Source: a virus. Taken from it: DNA of 64,000 bases. The stretch is taken from positions 32,001 to 96,000 of IMG/VR virus record IMGVR_UViG_3300017605_000342; one strand, 5' to 3'. Below, piece after piece: positions 27,294 through 37,255 of this stretch. Under the pieces are notes generated by a model, which saw only the letters and a list, made by a program, of their open reading frames with translations, ran no database searches and was not told the DNA's origin. The position numbers and the translations under genes are program-made. Numbering within the stretch: the stretch's first letter is position 1; each line of letters starts with the position of its first letter.

Positions 27294-27631
27294 AACTAAA
27301 TCCATGTACAAAATGTGGTTGTGCTATGGTGCTAAAGCACTATAAACAACCAGACAGTGACGGCCCGTTCAATTCTCATAACCCACAACATGAATGGGAT
27401 TACATAGAGTGTATTGAGTGCCACGCTCAGTGGATATATGTCACGCCTCTAAGCGAAGTTGTTAACCCCGAAGATTTAGCAGATGCTATTGCTGAAAAAT
27501 TCGCAGCCAGCTTGGTACTGGGTGGAGGCAAACCGCGAAAGAAAGAAACACCTATACCTAACATTGTTACAGCGTGGAATACAGGAGATGACATACACTG
27601 CTCCTGTAATGGAGGAACGAGGTTCGGATGA
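27290..27631 (+). CDS. zinc-binding hypothetical protein (Lar-like pattern)
   Basis: LNPCTKCG...IECIEC...AWN. Confidence 0.45.
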   Translation: MKLNPCTKCGCAMVLKHYKQPDSDGPFNSHNPQHEWDYIECIECHAQWIYVTPLSEVVNPEDLADAIAEKFAASLVLGGGKPRKKETPIPNIVTAWNTGDDIHCSCNGGTRFG

Positions 27632-28089
27632 TTACAGAATTTAGGGGCAAATACGCTAAGTTCTCAAACTTCTACGATTGCCCTGTAGAGTGGGAAGGCA
27701 GACACTACCCCACCACAGAGCACGCATTCGCGGCTGCCAAGACAACGGACTTGATCGAAGAAGAGGCTATCCGTACAGCACCCACACCGGGAGAAGCCAA
27801 AAAGCTTGGACGTTTGGTGGTACACAAGCGTACAGACTGGGGCAAAATAAAACCCGTCATTATGTTAGGGCTATTGCGCATCAAGTTCTCTAAAGAGCCA
27901 TTCAAATCGTTACTGCTATCTACAGGTGACGAAGAGATCTGTGAAGGCAACTGGTGGCACGATAACTATTGGGGCAACTGTACTTGTGACGGATGTAGTC
28001 ACATAGACGGACATAACACACTAGGCAAAACACTAATGCTAATTAGGAAAGAGTTACAACTTACATCATGGATGAAATCTCTCAGCTAA
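27628..28089 (+). CDS. NADAR family protein (YbiA/DUF1768)
   Basis: FSNFY, YPTTEHAF.A.K, P.EAKKLGR, KF, LLSTG, E, D.YWG and G.N.LG..LM..R. Confidence 0.92.
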   Translation: MITEFRGKYAKFSNFYDCPVEWEGRHYPTTEHAFAAAKTTDLIEEEAIRTAPTPGEAKKLGRLVVHKRTDWGKIKPVIMLGLLRIKFSKEPFKSLLLSTGDEEICEGNWWHDNYWGNCTCDGCSHIDGHNTLGKTLMLIRKELQLTSWMKSLS

Positions 28090-28241
28090 CACAACGCAAT
28101 GCTTTTAGATCAGCAAAGTGGTGGGAAATGTTTTATAGATACTACCCTTATATGAGGAATCAAACATCAGTACAAAACAGTGCGGTAAATGCAAAAAAGT
28201 CTTATCAGAAAAAAAGTTCTACAAAAAAGGTAAAGGGTTAA
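28068..28241 (+). CDS. 57-aa hypothetical protein (not in ORF track)
   Basis: MDEISQLTQRNAFRSAKWWEMFYRYYPY... fills the gap after the NADAR gene. Confidence 0.35.
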   Translation: MDEISQLTQRNAFRSAKWWEMFYRYYPYMRNQTSVQNSAVNAKKSYQKKSSTKKVKG

Positions 28242-28324
28242 CCTCTAAGTGTCAGGTATGTTCTCGGTCATATCAGAATACATACTATGATCGTACAAAG
28301 ACTAGTCATATTATCTTACAAGAA

Positions 28325-29158
28325 TTGCATGTGTTAAACTTAGGTGCCGGCGTGCAGTCAACTACGCTGTACTTGATGAATCTTCAAGGACTATTCCAGC
28401 CTCGATTTGATTGTGCGATATTCGCAGACACACAAGAAGAACCGGAAGAAGTGTATCATCACCTACAATGGTTACAGCAGCACCCAATCCCGGTGCTAGT
28501 AGGCACGTTCGGTAAGCTAGGAGACGACCTGATCCACGGTAAAGCTACCACAGTTGGCACCAGACGCTGGGCATCTATTCCTGCATTTGTGGTGTCACAG
28601 GATGGTAAGATAGGACGCATTAAGCGCCAGTGTACTGCAACCTATAAGATTGATGTAGTAGAAAACGTGCTACGGCAAGAGGTTCTTAAGCTACCGGCGG
28701 GCAAACATATACGTGGTACCCGCACAAAGATACACCAATACTATGGCATATCTGTTGATGAAAAGAGTAGGGCCTCCCGTATCTACGAAAACAACTTGGA
28801 CAAACCGTGGTCTGAAGCACACTTTCCGCTGTTGGATTTAGGAATGACTCGTACTGATTGTGTACAGTGGTTAAGCACTCAAAACATCCCCCACACTGTG
28901 CCTAGATCAGCCTGTACGTTCTGCCCTTTCCACACTAACGCAGAGTGGCTACGTATCAAGACAGAAGATTCTGCGGCATGGAATAGGTCAGTGCAAATAG
29001 ATCGAGCATTGCGGGAAACTACAACACAATGTAATCAAGGACTATATGGAGAAATGTATTTACACAGTTCTTGTAAACCATTAGAAGAAGTAGAATTTAC
29101 TAAGAAAGGTCCAGAGGTAAGCTTTGAATCTGAATGCACTGGAATGTGTGGCAACTAG
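28325..29158 (+). CDS. PP-loop / PAPS-reductase-like (adenine nucleotide alpha-hydrolase) protein; frame is open further upstream
   Basis: LGAGVQST, IFADTQ.E, RQCT..YKI, GISVDE..R, FPL, PRSACTFCPFH and C-terminal ECTGMC. Confidence 0.78.
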   Translation: MHVLNLGAGVQSTTLYLMNLQGLFQPRFDCAIFADTQEEPEEVYHHLQWLQQHPIPVLVGTFGKLGDDLIHGKATTVGTRRWASIPAFVVSQDGKIGRIKRQCTATYKIDVVENVLRQEVLKLPAGKHIRGTRTKIHQYYGISVDEKSRASRIYENNLDKPWSEAHFPLLDLGMTRTDCVQWLSTQNIPHTVPRSACTFCPFHTNAEWLRIKTEDSAAWNRSVQIDRALRETTTQCNQGLYGEMYLHSSCKPLEEVEFTKKGPEVSFESECTGMCGN

Positions 29159-30052
29159 ATGATAGCATTTAAAAAATTAGGTCAAATGGGGCGGCTAGGC
29201 AATCAGATGTTTCAGATTGCTTCTACCATAGGTATAGCCAAAACACTCAAGCAGGATTACGCATTTCCCAAATGGGAATACCAATCTTTTTTTGAAAAAC
29301 CGCTGCCCTCTTTGGACGGCCCCTATGCGCTAAGCTCTGGTATTCTCACGATAGATTCTACCCCACCCACAATAGAACGTGGGTATCACTTTAAATCTTA
29401 TGCAGAAACGGTTGTGGAGAACTTGGTATTGGAAGGATACCTGCAATCCCCTAAGTATTGGGAAGGCCATGAAGACGAGGTACTATCGTACCTCAAACTC
29501 AACGAAAAAACCTTCCGCAAAGTCTTTGAAAACTTTGTCAGTCTCGCACAAAAGTTCCCTCCCAGATTAAAACTAGAACTGGTAGGAATACATGTACGCA
29601 GGGGAGATTACGCAGGTAACGACCTGTATCACACCAACCTAGCTAATACAAAGTACTATCAATTAGCTTTAATGAAACTAGCCCTTTTAGTAAAACACTA
29701 TCAACTTAACGCTGTAGTTTTTTCTGACGATATTGAGTTCTGTAAACAGTACTTTGATCAACCCCCATATTCTTGGGAGCACCTGTCGTCACCTGGAGTA
29801 CACAATGTTAACTTTGTATACAGTGACACACAAGATCCTATCGTAGATATGTTTACCATGTCCTTGATGGATCACCAAATCATTGCCAATTCAAGCTTTA
29901 GTTGGTGGGCGGCATACCTATCTGGCAGGAGAAAGAAAGTACCCGGTCATGTAATTAGCCCCGGAGATATGATACCGTGGTTCGGCCCCAAGTACGATCA
30001 GCAAGAATACAACACTGAAGATTTAATCCCGAAAGAGTGGCATCAAATATGA
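29159..30052 (+). CDS. alpha-1,2-fucosyltransferase-like (GT11)
   Basis: GRLGNQMFQ, GYLQS, IHVRRGDY, FSDD and IIANSSFSWWAAYL. Confidence 0.93.
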   Translation: MIAFKKLGQMGRLGNQMFQIASTIGIAKTLKQDYAFPKWEYQSFFEKPLPSLDGPYALSSGILTIDSTPPTIERGYHFKSYAETVVENLVLEGYLQSPKYWEGHEDEVLSYLKLNEKTFRKVFENFVSLAQKFPPRLKLELVGIHVRRGDYAGNDLYHTNLANTKYYQLALMKLALLVKHYQLNAVVFSDDIEFCKQYFDQPPYSWEHLSSPGVHNVNFVYSDTQDPIVDMFTMSLMDHQIIANSSFSWWAAYLSGRRKKVPGHVISPGDMIPWFGPKYDQQEYNTEDLIPKEWHQI

Positions 30053-30444
30053 AAGCCAAGCTAGCGAAGGTTTACTACGAATACGAAGAATGTTGCGATG
30101 ATTATACGAAGAGGATGTACATCTCTACTATCTCTGACTGGGAAGAATTAGACGTAAAGCAGTTAGCAGCTCTGCACAAGTTCGTGCGGGAGTTTAATTA
30201 CCGCAGATCCCACGACACTGGAAAATACATTGTATTAGAAGAGATCCCAAACGCCATGATCTTTGAGTGTATAGAAAAACAAATGCTTAAAGAGAAAGCT
30301 GCCCTAGAACGTGCAGCCAAGCTTGACAAGCTGCGAGAACTAGACAAAAAGAAAAAAGAGATGGATCGTAAGCTCAAAAAAGAATTACGTGAACAAGCTA
30401 TGTTTGCAAAACTCTCTAAAAAATACGCGGGAGCCACAACATGA
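30049..30444 (+). CDS. hypothetical protein with coiled-coil C-terminus
   Basis: ATGA-coupled ORF. Confidence 0.55.
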   Translation: MKAKLAKVYYEYEECCDDYTKRMYISTISDWEELDVKQLAALHKFVREFNYRRSHDTGKYIVLEEIPNAMIFECIEKQMLKEKAALERAAKLDKLRELDKKKKEMDRKLKKELREQAMFAKLSKKYAGATT

Positions 30445-30803
30445 AAAAATTATTTTTGTTACTGCTGTTAGTATTACCCAAAAATTCATTTAGTCAATGC
30501 AATTTGATGGCTGATGGTGGTATTCAAGCATTTGTAAAGTGGAACACTGCATTGACGTTTAGCTGGGTCCCTCCCGAAAATACGTCAGGACTACTGTATT
30601 ACAGGATACGCAGGGCAAGCACAATCTCTGGAACTTACACCGTTATAGCGACAATCCCATTTGACAGAAACAGCTACAACATAGTATGGAAGGGTGGAGA
30701 TTACCACTACTTTGTCACGTCATGGTATTCAATCATGGAAAATGGTGTCTCTGTTATCAGAGAATCTGTCGGTTCTAACCAAGTACGCGTAAGGACACGG
30801 TAA
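30441..30803 (+). CDS. exported FN3-like protein
   Basis: Signal-peptide-like MKKLFLLLLLVL; LTFSW.PP...YRIRR...Y.YFVTS...ES..SN. Confidence 0.6.
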   Translation: MKKLFLLLLLVLPKNSFSQCNLMADGGIQAFVKWNTALTFSWVPPENTSGLLYYRIRRASTISGTYTVIATIPFDRNSYNIVWKGGDYHYFVTSWYSIMENGVSVIRESVGSNQVRVRTR

Positions 30804-31249
30804 TGATCACAGTCATTCAAGGTAATATCTGGGATTACCATGCACAAGGGCATTACATTACAGTTACTACAAACTGCAATCGGAAAGCCAACGGTCACGT
30901 AGTTATGGGTAAGGGTATTGCGTTGGAGGCCAAACAGCGCTTTCCAGATATCCCTCGAAAGCTGGGAGAGGTCGCAGACCTACGCTCTGTCGTGGTGTTC
31001 CCCGATGAACGGATTATCACGTTCCCAACCAAGATGAACTGGTATGAGAATTCAACCATAGAGCTAATATCATCCAGCTTCGCACAACTTATCATAGCGG
31101 CTGAACGGCTGTTACCCTTACGCAAGAAGCCTATATACTGTGTAAAATTTGGCTGTGCTAACGGACGACTCTCATGGGAAAAAGATGTACGTCCCTTCCT
31201 AGAGCCGTTCATAGATGAAAAGGAATTTGTATTTGTAGACCGCTCATGA
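30803..31249 (+). CDS. macrodomain ADP-ribose hydrolase (DarG/TARG1-like)
   Basis: GNIW, TTNC, VMGKGIA...K.RFP, IITFPTK..W and GCANG.L.W. Confidence 0.85.
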   Translation: MITVIQGNIWDYHAQGHYITVTTNCNRKANGHVVMGKGIALEAKQRFPDIPRKLGEVADLRSVVVFPDERIITFPTKMNWYENSTIELISSSFAQLIIAAERLLPLRKKPIYCVKFGCANGRLSWEKDVRPFLEPFIDEKEFVFVDRS

Positions 31250-32049
31250 TACATGTATATACCATAGTCTACGACAATGCATCATTTTTGGAATTACAGT
31301 TTCATTCTTTCAGGAAACACTTTCCATTACAAAGGTTCATTGTTATAGATAATGCCCCAAACCCAGAAGTCAGCAATGACATTAAGAACTTTGTAACTAC
31401 CCACCAGAAGTGTTACTCAATACGAGTAGCTAATCCACGCTTCGACAATGGCGGGTTGTCTCATCAGCGAGCCTTACAGACTGCCCTAGACCACATGGAA
31501 GGTATATCGATTATCTGCGATCCAGACGTGTTTGTTCTTAAGCCATTCATGGAAAGTATGGATGACTATGAGTTTGCGGGGCTAATGCAGGGAACTCCTG
31601 ACGTGCGTTATCTGTGGCCAGGATTCATGATCGTTGCAACATATGCGCTCAAAGATAAACTTGATTTACGCGGGGCGCTGGTTAACCCCAACGATCTAAA
31701 TGACTTCATCGTACCAGACCCAGCAGCGGGCTGGACATGGGAACAATATCCATATCAAATACAAACACGTATAAGCACGGATAGCGGTGGTTTACTGTGC
31801 CGCTACATTCAAAAACATAACCCAAAAATTAGAGAGTTATCTCTTGACTTTTGTACAGAAATATGCGACAATACCGGAATAATTCCAGTAGGTTTGCAAC
31901 ACAAATACTCAGACCTATATCATTTTTGGGTCATAGGCGGTGGGGTGCTGCACTCTGGAAGGTTGTCTAATTGGGACAACCGCCCTTCTAATGAAGTTGC
32001 CGCAAAGTCTGAGCTAGTCAGGGAAATAATAGAGCATTACCTTAGATGA
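31246..32049 (+). CDS. GT-A-fold glycosyltransferase-like protein
   Basis: FIVIDN, H..AL and DxD motif ICDPDVF; paralog of 41650..42471. Confidence 0.6.
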   Translation: MIHVYTIVYDNASFLELQFHSFRKHFPLQRFIVIDNAPNPEVSNDIKNFVTTHQKCYSIRVANPRFDNGGLSHQRALQTALDHMEGISIICDPDVFVLKPFMESMDDYEFAGLMQGTPDVRYLWPGFMIVATYALKDKLDLRGALVNPNDLNDFIVPDPAAGWTWEQYPYQIQTRISTDSGGLLCRYIQKHNPKIRELSLDFCTEICDNTGIIPVGLQHKYSDLYHFWVIGGGVLHSGRLSNWDNRPSNEVAAKSELVREIIEHYLR

Positions 32050-32831
32050 CAACAACGTTAATACAAGGTAGGCATGGTAAATTTCTGGTGCCGGTCAATG
32101 ACCAATACGTAGGTCAGTCTCTCTTAGCTTACGGAGAATTTTCCTACCTAGAATTTGAATTGTTTGAAGACCTCATAGAATCAGCGTTCGTAGTAGTAGA
32201 GGTTGGGGCAAACATCGGAGCACACACAGTTGGTTTATCCGCTCTTGTCCCTGAGGGATCGGTACTTGCATTCGAGCCTCAGTCGTTTTGTTATGAGTTT
32301 CTAGAAACCAATATCAACATCAACTCTATAAGAAACGTAACTACATTCGACGTTGCGTTGGGCAAGTACGCACAACAAATGTACGCACCAACATACTCAC
32401 GGGATGCATTTGTTAATTGGGGTGGTATCAGCTTAGGTGCTAGGACTCGTAATAGCGAGGCAGTGTCGGTAGTTCGTGGAAGCAGCTTGGTGCCTTGGGT
32501 AGATTTTTTAAAAGTAGATGTGGAGGGGATGGAGCAGGAAGTCCTAGAAGGACTAGAAGAAACTGTTATTAAGGCCAAACCCATTCTTTATATAGAAAAT
32601 GATAGACCAGAAAAATCAGCATCGTTAGTAAAATACTGTTGGTCATTAGGATATGGGTTATACTGGCACATACCCCCGTTGTACAACCCAGATAATTTCA
32701 ACAAAAATACCTTTAACATGTTTCCAAACATACACTCATTTAATATGGTAGGATTGCCCGTAGGCAAAACAATTAATCTACCGCCCATTACTACCTTGGA
32801 GCACCCACTTGAAGCACGCAACCGTCATTAG
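32046..32831 (+). CDS. FkbM-family methyltransferase
   Basis: VEVGANIGAH, AFEPQ, FLKVDVEGME and P.LYIEND. Confidence 0.92.
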   Translation: MTTTLIQGRHGKFLVPVNDQYVGQSLLAYGEFSYLEFELFEDLIESAFVVVEVGANIGAHTVGLSALVPEGSVLAFEPQSFCYEFLETNININSIRNVTTFDVALGKYAQQMYAPTYSRDAFVNWGGISLGARTRNSEAVSVVRGSSLVPWVDFLKVDVEGMEQEVLEGLEETVIKAKPILYIENDRPEKSASLVKYCWSLGYGLYWHIPPLYNPDNFNKNTFNMFPNIHSFNMVGLPVGKTINLPPITTLEHPLEARNRH

Positions 32832-33807
32832 ATTGGGAGCTATAGGAGACGCCGTGTGGACACTTCCCGTTATCCGTGAATTACACGCTGACGGCTATGA
32901 AATCAGTGTACACTGTAAACAAATGTCCGCGCCCGTTTATAAGAACAATCCTTATATCAAGGATGTGTACTTATACCCAAATGAACCTGGTACAAAGGTT
33001 GATATAAGAGTTCCAAACGGAAGTAGGGTAATAGAGTTAGACAACACAGTCGAAGGAAAACTACTTTCTGACACGTTACCTGTAGGATGTACCACCCACG
33101 TACAGGCGTATTCTTTGCAATGCCCAAACTGTGCCGCAGCAAAGAAAAATCGTAGCACTACAGTGAACTACACAGAAGAACAGTTACGAGTTGCTGGTTA
33201 TCCGGGAAGCGACCCAAGTACCTTAGGAGAAATACGATTAGCTCAGGAAGACATGGAAGAAGTCAAAGATATTATCTCTTCTTGGGGTATCAGTTATGTA
33301 GTATTGTGGTCATTAGCCAACGTACGCCATAAACAATACCGCGAGTGGTTTAGCTTAATGCTAGAGTTTTGTGCCCAACACCCAGACGTGCTTGTTTATA
33401 CGATGGGTGTACCAGAATGTTCTGTGTACGAAGCTACAGCACACCGTATATGTTCTGGGCATTGGCCGCTGTCACAAAGTATTACACTGATAGCTCACGC
33501 TAATCTAGTAATCGGCGGCGAAACTGGCCCCATGAACATCGCCAGTTGTTTTGACAATGACAAGTTATTATTCCTGTCGCACTCATCTAGAGAGAATTTA
33601 TGTAAACACTGGACTAATACGGTCACCGTAACACCTAACTCAGAATGCCATCCATGCTATCAGTTACACCGCACTTTGGACAGTTGCCCTACTAGGCGCA
33701 TTAAAACTGGAACTGCCGACTATCTCCCTAAAGTACCTATTTGTACAACAGATTACGACCAGCACGAGTTACTTAACATACTTAATAGGATCAAATCGAG
33801 GATATAA
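32809..33807 (+). CDS. glycosyltransferase family 9-like (GT-B)
   Basis: IRLGAIGD...LP, IGGETGPMNIA and C.PCY...C Cys cluster. Confidence 0.82.
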   Translation: MKHATVIRLGAIGDAVWTLPVIRELHADGYEISVHCKQMSAPVYKNNPYIKDVYLYPNEPGTKVDIRVPNGSRVIELDNTVEGKLLSDTLPVGCTTHVQAYSLQCPNCAAAKKNRSTTVNYTEEQLRVAGYPGSDPSTLGEIRLAQEDMEEVKDIISSWGISYVVLWSLANVRHKQYREWFSLMLEFCAQHPDVLVYTMGVPECSVYEATAHRICSGHWPLSQSITLIAHANLVIGGETGPMNIASCFDNDKLLFLSHSSRENLCKHWTNTVTVTPNSECHPCYQLHRTLDSCPTRRIKTGTADYLPKVPICTTDYDQHELLNILNRIKSRI

Positions 33808-34095
33808 ATGACGCGTAAAGAAATTGCAGTACAGATTCTATGTTCACTAACTTCTACCCAAGACAGTATGCGGGCCATCGGAGCTAGCGCTGACGATGCT
33901 GGTATTGATCCGTTTGTGTTTGCGGCTAGAAGTGCCGTGCAGTTCGCAGACGCATTACTGGCAGAGCTAGTAGAAGACACTCAAGAAGTAGCTACAGGTA
34001 TTGATAAAATACTTATGAAAGAAGTAGCTTCTCTACCAACACCAGTAAAAGCAAAAAGACCAAGAAGAAAGAAGATTGTAAAGAATGACGACTAA
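33808..34095 (+). CDS. hypothetical phage protein
   Basis: MTRKE.A...L...AVQFADALLAEL pattern. Confidence 0.55.
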   Translation: MTRKEIAVQILCSLTSTQDSMRAIGASADDAGIDPFVFAARSAVQFADALLAELVEDTQEVATGIDKILMKEVASLPTPVKAKRPRRKKIVKNDD

Positions 34096-34822
34096 TTTAG
34101 TCTGTATAGCTACGCGGAAGTACATTCAGTACGTACCACAATTCATAGAGTCTGCATTAAAGTTCTTCTTCAATACCGAAGAGGGGTTTCGGCACATTAC
34201 TATCTTCACGGATGCCTCCGAAGAAACTATGCGCTCTTGGGAAAGTTCTGTAGTTACGTGCGTTACCATCCCATCATATGGTTTTCCTCACGCCACCATG
34301 TTACGCTATAGCATTTTTAGTGAACACGCAGAATATCTACGCCCTTACGACTATACTTTCTATGCCGACGTTGACAGTAAATTTGTTAGTCACGTAGGCA
34401 ACGGAGATATGCTCGCCGAAGTCATAACACATTCACAATGTAAGTACTACGTTGTAGCCCACCCCGGCTTTTGGGATAGTGGAAAAGGATCGTGGGAATC
34501 TAGACCAGCATCCTTATGCCATGTACCGGATGGCCGCAAGCTACCCTACGTGGCTGGTGGATTTTTGGGGGCACCTACCACAGACTTCTTAAACCTATCT
34601 GAAGTATGTTCTGCGCTGATCAACGGAGATTTGCGTAAAGGTATCACACCTACTTGGCATGACGAATCGGCACTTAATAAGTTCGTGTCTTGTATAGACG
34701 ACCATTGTATAATTCTACCGCCGGCATACGTTTACCCAGAAGAACGTCCTGCTTGGTTTACATGGACAGGCACGGCAAAAATACTAGCCCTAAAAAAGAA
34801 TCACGAGGAAATGAGATCATGA
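34085..34822 (+). CDS. glycosyltransferase family 6 (alpha-1,3-Gal/GalNAc transferase-like)
   Basis: IATRKY...F..SA.KFF, IFTD, DVD, AHPGF, Y.AGGF.G, WHDESALNKF and KILALKKNH..MR. Confidence 0.9.
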   Translation: MTTNLVCIATRKYIQYVPQFIESALKFFFNTEEGFRHITIFTDASEETMRSWESSVVTCVTIPSYGFPHATMLRYSIFSEHAEYLRPYDYTFYADVDSKFVSHVGNGDMLAEVITHSQCKYYVVAHPGFWDSGKGSWESRPASLCHVPDGRKLPYVAGGFLGAPTTDFLNLSEVCSALINGDLRKGITPTWHDESALNKFVSCIDDHCIILPPAYVYPEERPAWFTWTGTAKILALKKNHEEMRS

Positions 34823-35754
34823 CCTATAAAGTTTCTGTAGCAATACCTATTGCATACCCAGAAGAGATTACGTTTCTTCGGGGAAATATTGCACACATAG
34901 AAAAACACAACCATCCCAGTGTCGATTCCGAGGTTCTTATTATGGATCAAACGGGGACTGGCGACGTTCGTTCCGAGTTTGGGTCCAAGTACAAAGTCAT
35001 TGAAACACAGCGTATAGACGCCGGATGGCCCCTTGACCTAGCTTGTAGAGCTGCCGAAGGTGAGTACTTCGTATCCTTTGACGTAGACTGTGCGCCGATG
35101 CATAATGCGTGGTTATATGCTCCTACTAGGGTCCTAGCAGAATACCCTGACGTGTGTATGGTAGGCAAGGCAACGGGGTTGCACCTACACCACGATTACG
35201 CAAAGTGGGGTACGTTCTTCCACATAAACAACTACTACAGGTTCATGCGCACAGAACAAGCTAAGTATGTGTCACAGCAAGTAGGTTTCTTGCGGCCAGA
35301 GAACAGACCTAAAGCCAACTTTTACCCAAGCTCTACTTTCGCATTTGAAGCAAACGCTGATAATGGTGTACGAGCTAATAGCTTCACTGACAGAACTGGG
35401 ATGGGTAAGAAGTTCAGTATTGCCATGAATAAGGTGTTAGGTAACACCCAGCAAATGGGTGTTTATGGCATGGTGCTAGATGGCTTAGTGTTCCACATGG
35501 TGTTCTCTTCAAGCAAGGACTGGATCACCAACAAAGCCGTCACTTTGGGGGATGAGTACCTTGGCTGGTATGACCGCATCAACTCTGAAGGGTTTGTTAA
35601 CGTGTGGCCGGACATACAAGCCGCCCTTAAACCTAAGTATGAAATCCTGTATGATCGTCATCTGTGGGACGGTACCCAAGAATTAAAGCTAACACCCCAA
35701 GATGACTTGTTTAGAAATTTTTCTGCATGGAAATCTGAATCAAATGAAATCTAA
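34819..35754 (+). CDS. GT2/GT-A-fold glycosyltransferase-like protein
   Basis: VSVAIP, EVLIMD and A.GEYFVSFDVD. Confidence 0.7.
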   Translation: MTYKVSVAIPIAYPEEITFLRGNIAHIEKHNHPSVDSEVLIMDQTGTGDVRSEFGSKYKVIETQRIDAGWPLDLACRAAEGEYFVSFDVDCAPMHNAWLYAPTRVLAEYPDVCMVGKATGLHLHHDYAKWGTFFHINNYYRFMRTEQAKYVSQQVGFLRPENRPKANFYPSSTFAFEANADNGVRANSFTDRTGMGKKFSIAMNKVLGNTQQMGVYGMVLDGLVFHMVFSSSKDWITNKAVTLGDEYLGWYDRINSEGFVNVWPDIQAALKPKYEILYDRHLWDGTQELKLTPQDDLFRNFSAWKSESNEI

Positions 35755-36388
35755 CCATTTTAACTGGTCATATCTTTTTGAAGATTCTTCCGTAGATTCA
35801 TTCTTGAAGGAAGAAAGACATTGGGGTCAAGGACAAGGCCCAGACAATCCCGGTAGACAGGCATGGTTAAACCGCGTTAAAGCATTGTCGCGTCCAGCAA
35901 TCATTGGTGAGCTTGGACCAGGTATTGGTGTTGATTATGGACTATTGCAAGACAGTGGACTCCTCTCTGGTATTACTTACCACGCACTAGATGTAACCCC
36001 AGAGTTCTGTGTTCACTTAGCCAAGACATATCCAGATCTTAAAGTAACCAATATCAACGGGTATGACATTCCATTCACTGACTGCTATTTCGATGTATTC
36101 TACATGCGGCACGTCCTAGAACACCAAGAGAATTACCGCTGGCAATTGCGTGAGATATTTAGAGTAACCCGCAACGAAATTTTTATCAACTTTTTCTTAC
36201 CACTCACAGAGTCTCCCGCAGACAATATTAAGTTTGATAATATTTTTTATCATAATCAATACTCTAAAACGTTGTTTGAAAAGTTCTGTAGCAAGTATGG
36301 ATGGGTTATTAATTCTGATACTACCAATACCACAATCATCGATGACGTAGAATACTCTGATGAAATCGTAGTACTATATAAGGTGTAA
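35744..36388 (+). CDS. class I SAM-dependent methyltransferase
   Basis: ELGPGIG, LDVT, IPF.D..FDV...HVLEH and REIFRV. Confidence 0.85.
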   Translation: MKSNHFNWSYLFEDSSVDSFLKEERHWGQGQGPDNPGRQAWLNRVKALSRPAIIGELGPGIGVDYGLLQDSGLLSGITYHALDVTPEFCVHLAKTYPDLKVTNINGYDIPFTDCYFDVFYMRHVLEHQENYRWQLREIFRVTRNEIFINFFLPLTESPADNIKFDNIFYHNQYSKTLFEKFCSKYGWVINSDTTNTTIIDDVEYSDEIVVLYKV

Positions 36389-36392
36389 TCTT

Positions 36393-37049
36393 ATGAGAGT
36401 TGGAGTAATCCTCTACCATAAAAATATAGAAAAATACAAAAAGCACTGGATAGATAAATGTGTGTCTTCTATAGAACTACAAACATACCAAAACTTCGAT
36501 GTATGCGAGTTGTGTTATGGAGACACTGTAGTGACGGTAGCAGACCATATAGAACGTGTCCCAGAATTTCCAAACTACAAATTCCATTCATTACCACTGC
36601 CCAACCATGTTCATGCTCAAAATAGCCTGTTAGATGCCTGCTTCAAACACAACGATTATGACTATGTTTTTAATATTAACGTTGACGACTACTACGACAG
36701 ACGCCGTTTCGAGTGCCAACTAACAATGATAGAACAAGGTTATGATCTTGTAGCATCTAATTTCCAGCACGTTGAGGAAGGCCCTAACGGGTATGACGTT
36801 GTAGGCTACACATTTCCCGCGTCCAAGTACAGTGTGGGCGAGGAACTCATGCGGGATCATAATGTTATAGGGCATTCGTCAGTGTGTTATTCTCGAAATT
36901 TTTGGTTGACATATGGACCTTATCCTGATAGTATCCCCACTGAGGATTTGCTGCTGTGGAAGTTAGCCGTGTCTCGCGGAGCCGTCATTGGTATTTACCC
37001 AGAGGTTCTGATGTACTACCGCAGACATAACCAGCAAATATGTAAATGA
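36393..37049 (+). CDS. GT2-family glycosyltransferase
   Basis: CVSSI..QTYQNF, NVDDYY...RF..Q, HSSV, EDLLLW and YYRRH..Q. Confidence 0.8.
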   Translation: MRVGVILYHKNIEKYKKHWIDKCVSSIELQTYQNFDVCELCYGDTVVTVADHIERVPEFPNYKFHSLPLPNHVHAQNSLLDACFKHNDYDYVFNINVDDYYDRRRFECQLTMIEQGYDLVASNFQHVEEGPNGYDVVGYTFPASKYSVGEELMRDHNVIGHSSVCYSRNFWLTYGPYPDSIPTEDLLLWKLAVSRGAVIGIYPEVLMYYRRHNQQICK

Positions 37050-37255
37050 AAATAAAAACTGACTTCACCACAGAATACGGTGTTCAATACAAAGAAACTT
37101 TAGGCTACCCATCTTTGTTTCATTGGTGCTGTGGTTTTAGAATGTACAGAATTATTTCTATATACAAATCAGACACCAAAGGCATCCATCGAGGCGGGTT
37201 AGTTGGTTGGATTTGTAGAGCATGTGGCACACGGAAAGACACATCATATGATTAA
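37046..37255 (+). CDS. small zinc-ribbon protein
   Basis: CCG...CRACG. Confidence 0.45.
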   Translation: MKIKTDFTTEYGVQYKETLGYPSLFHWCCGFRMYRIISIYKSDTKGIHRGGLVGWICRACGTRKDTSYD

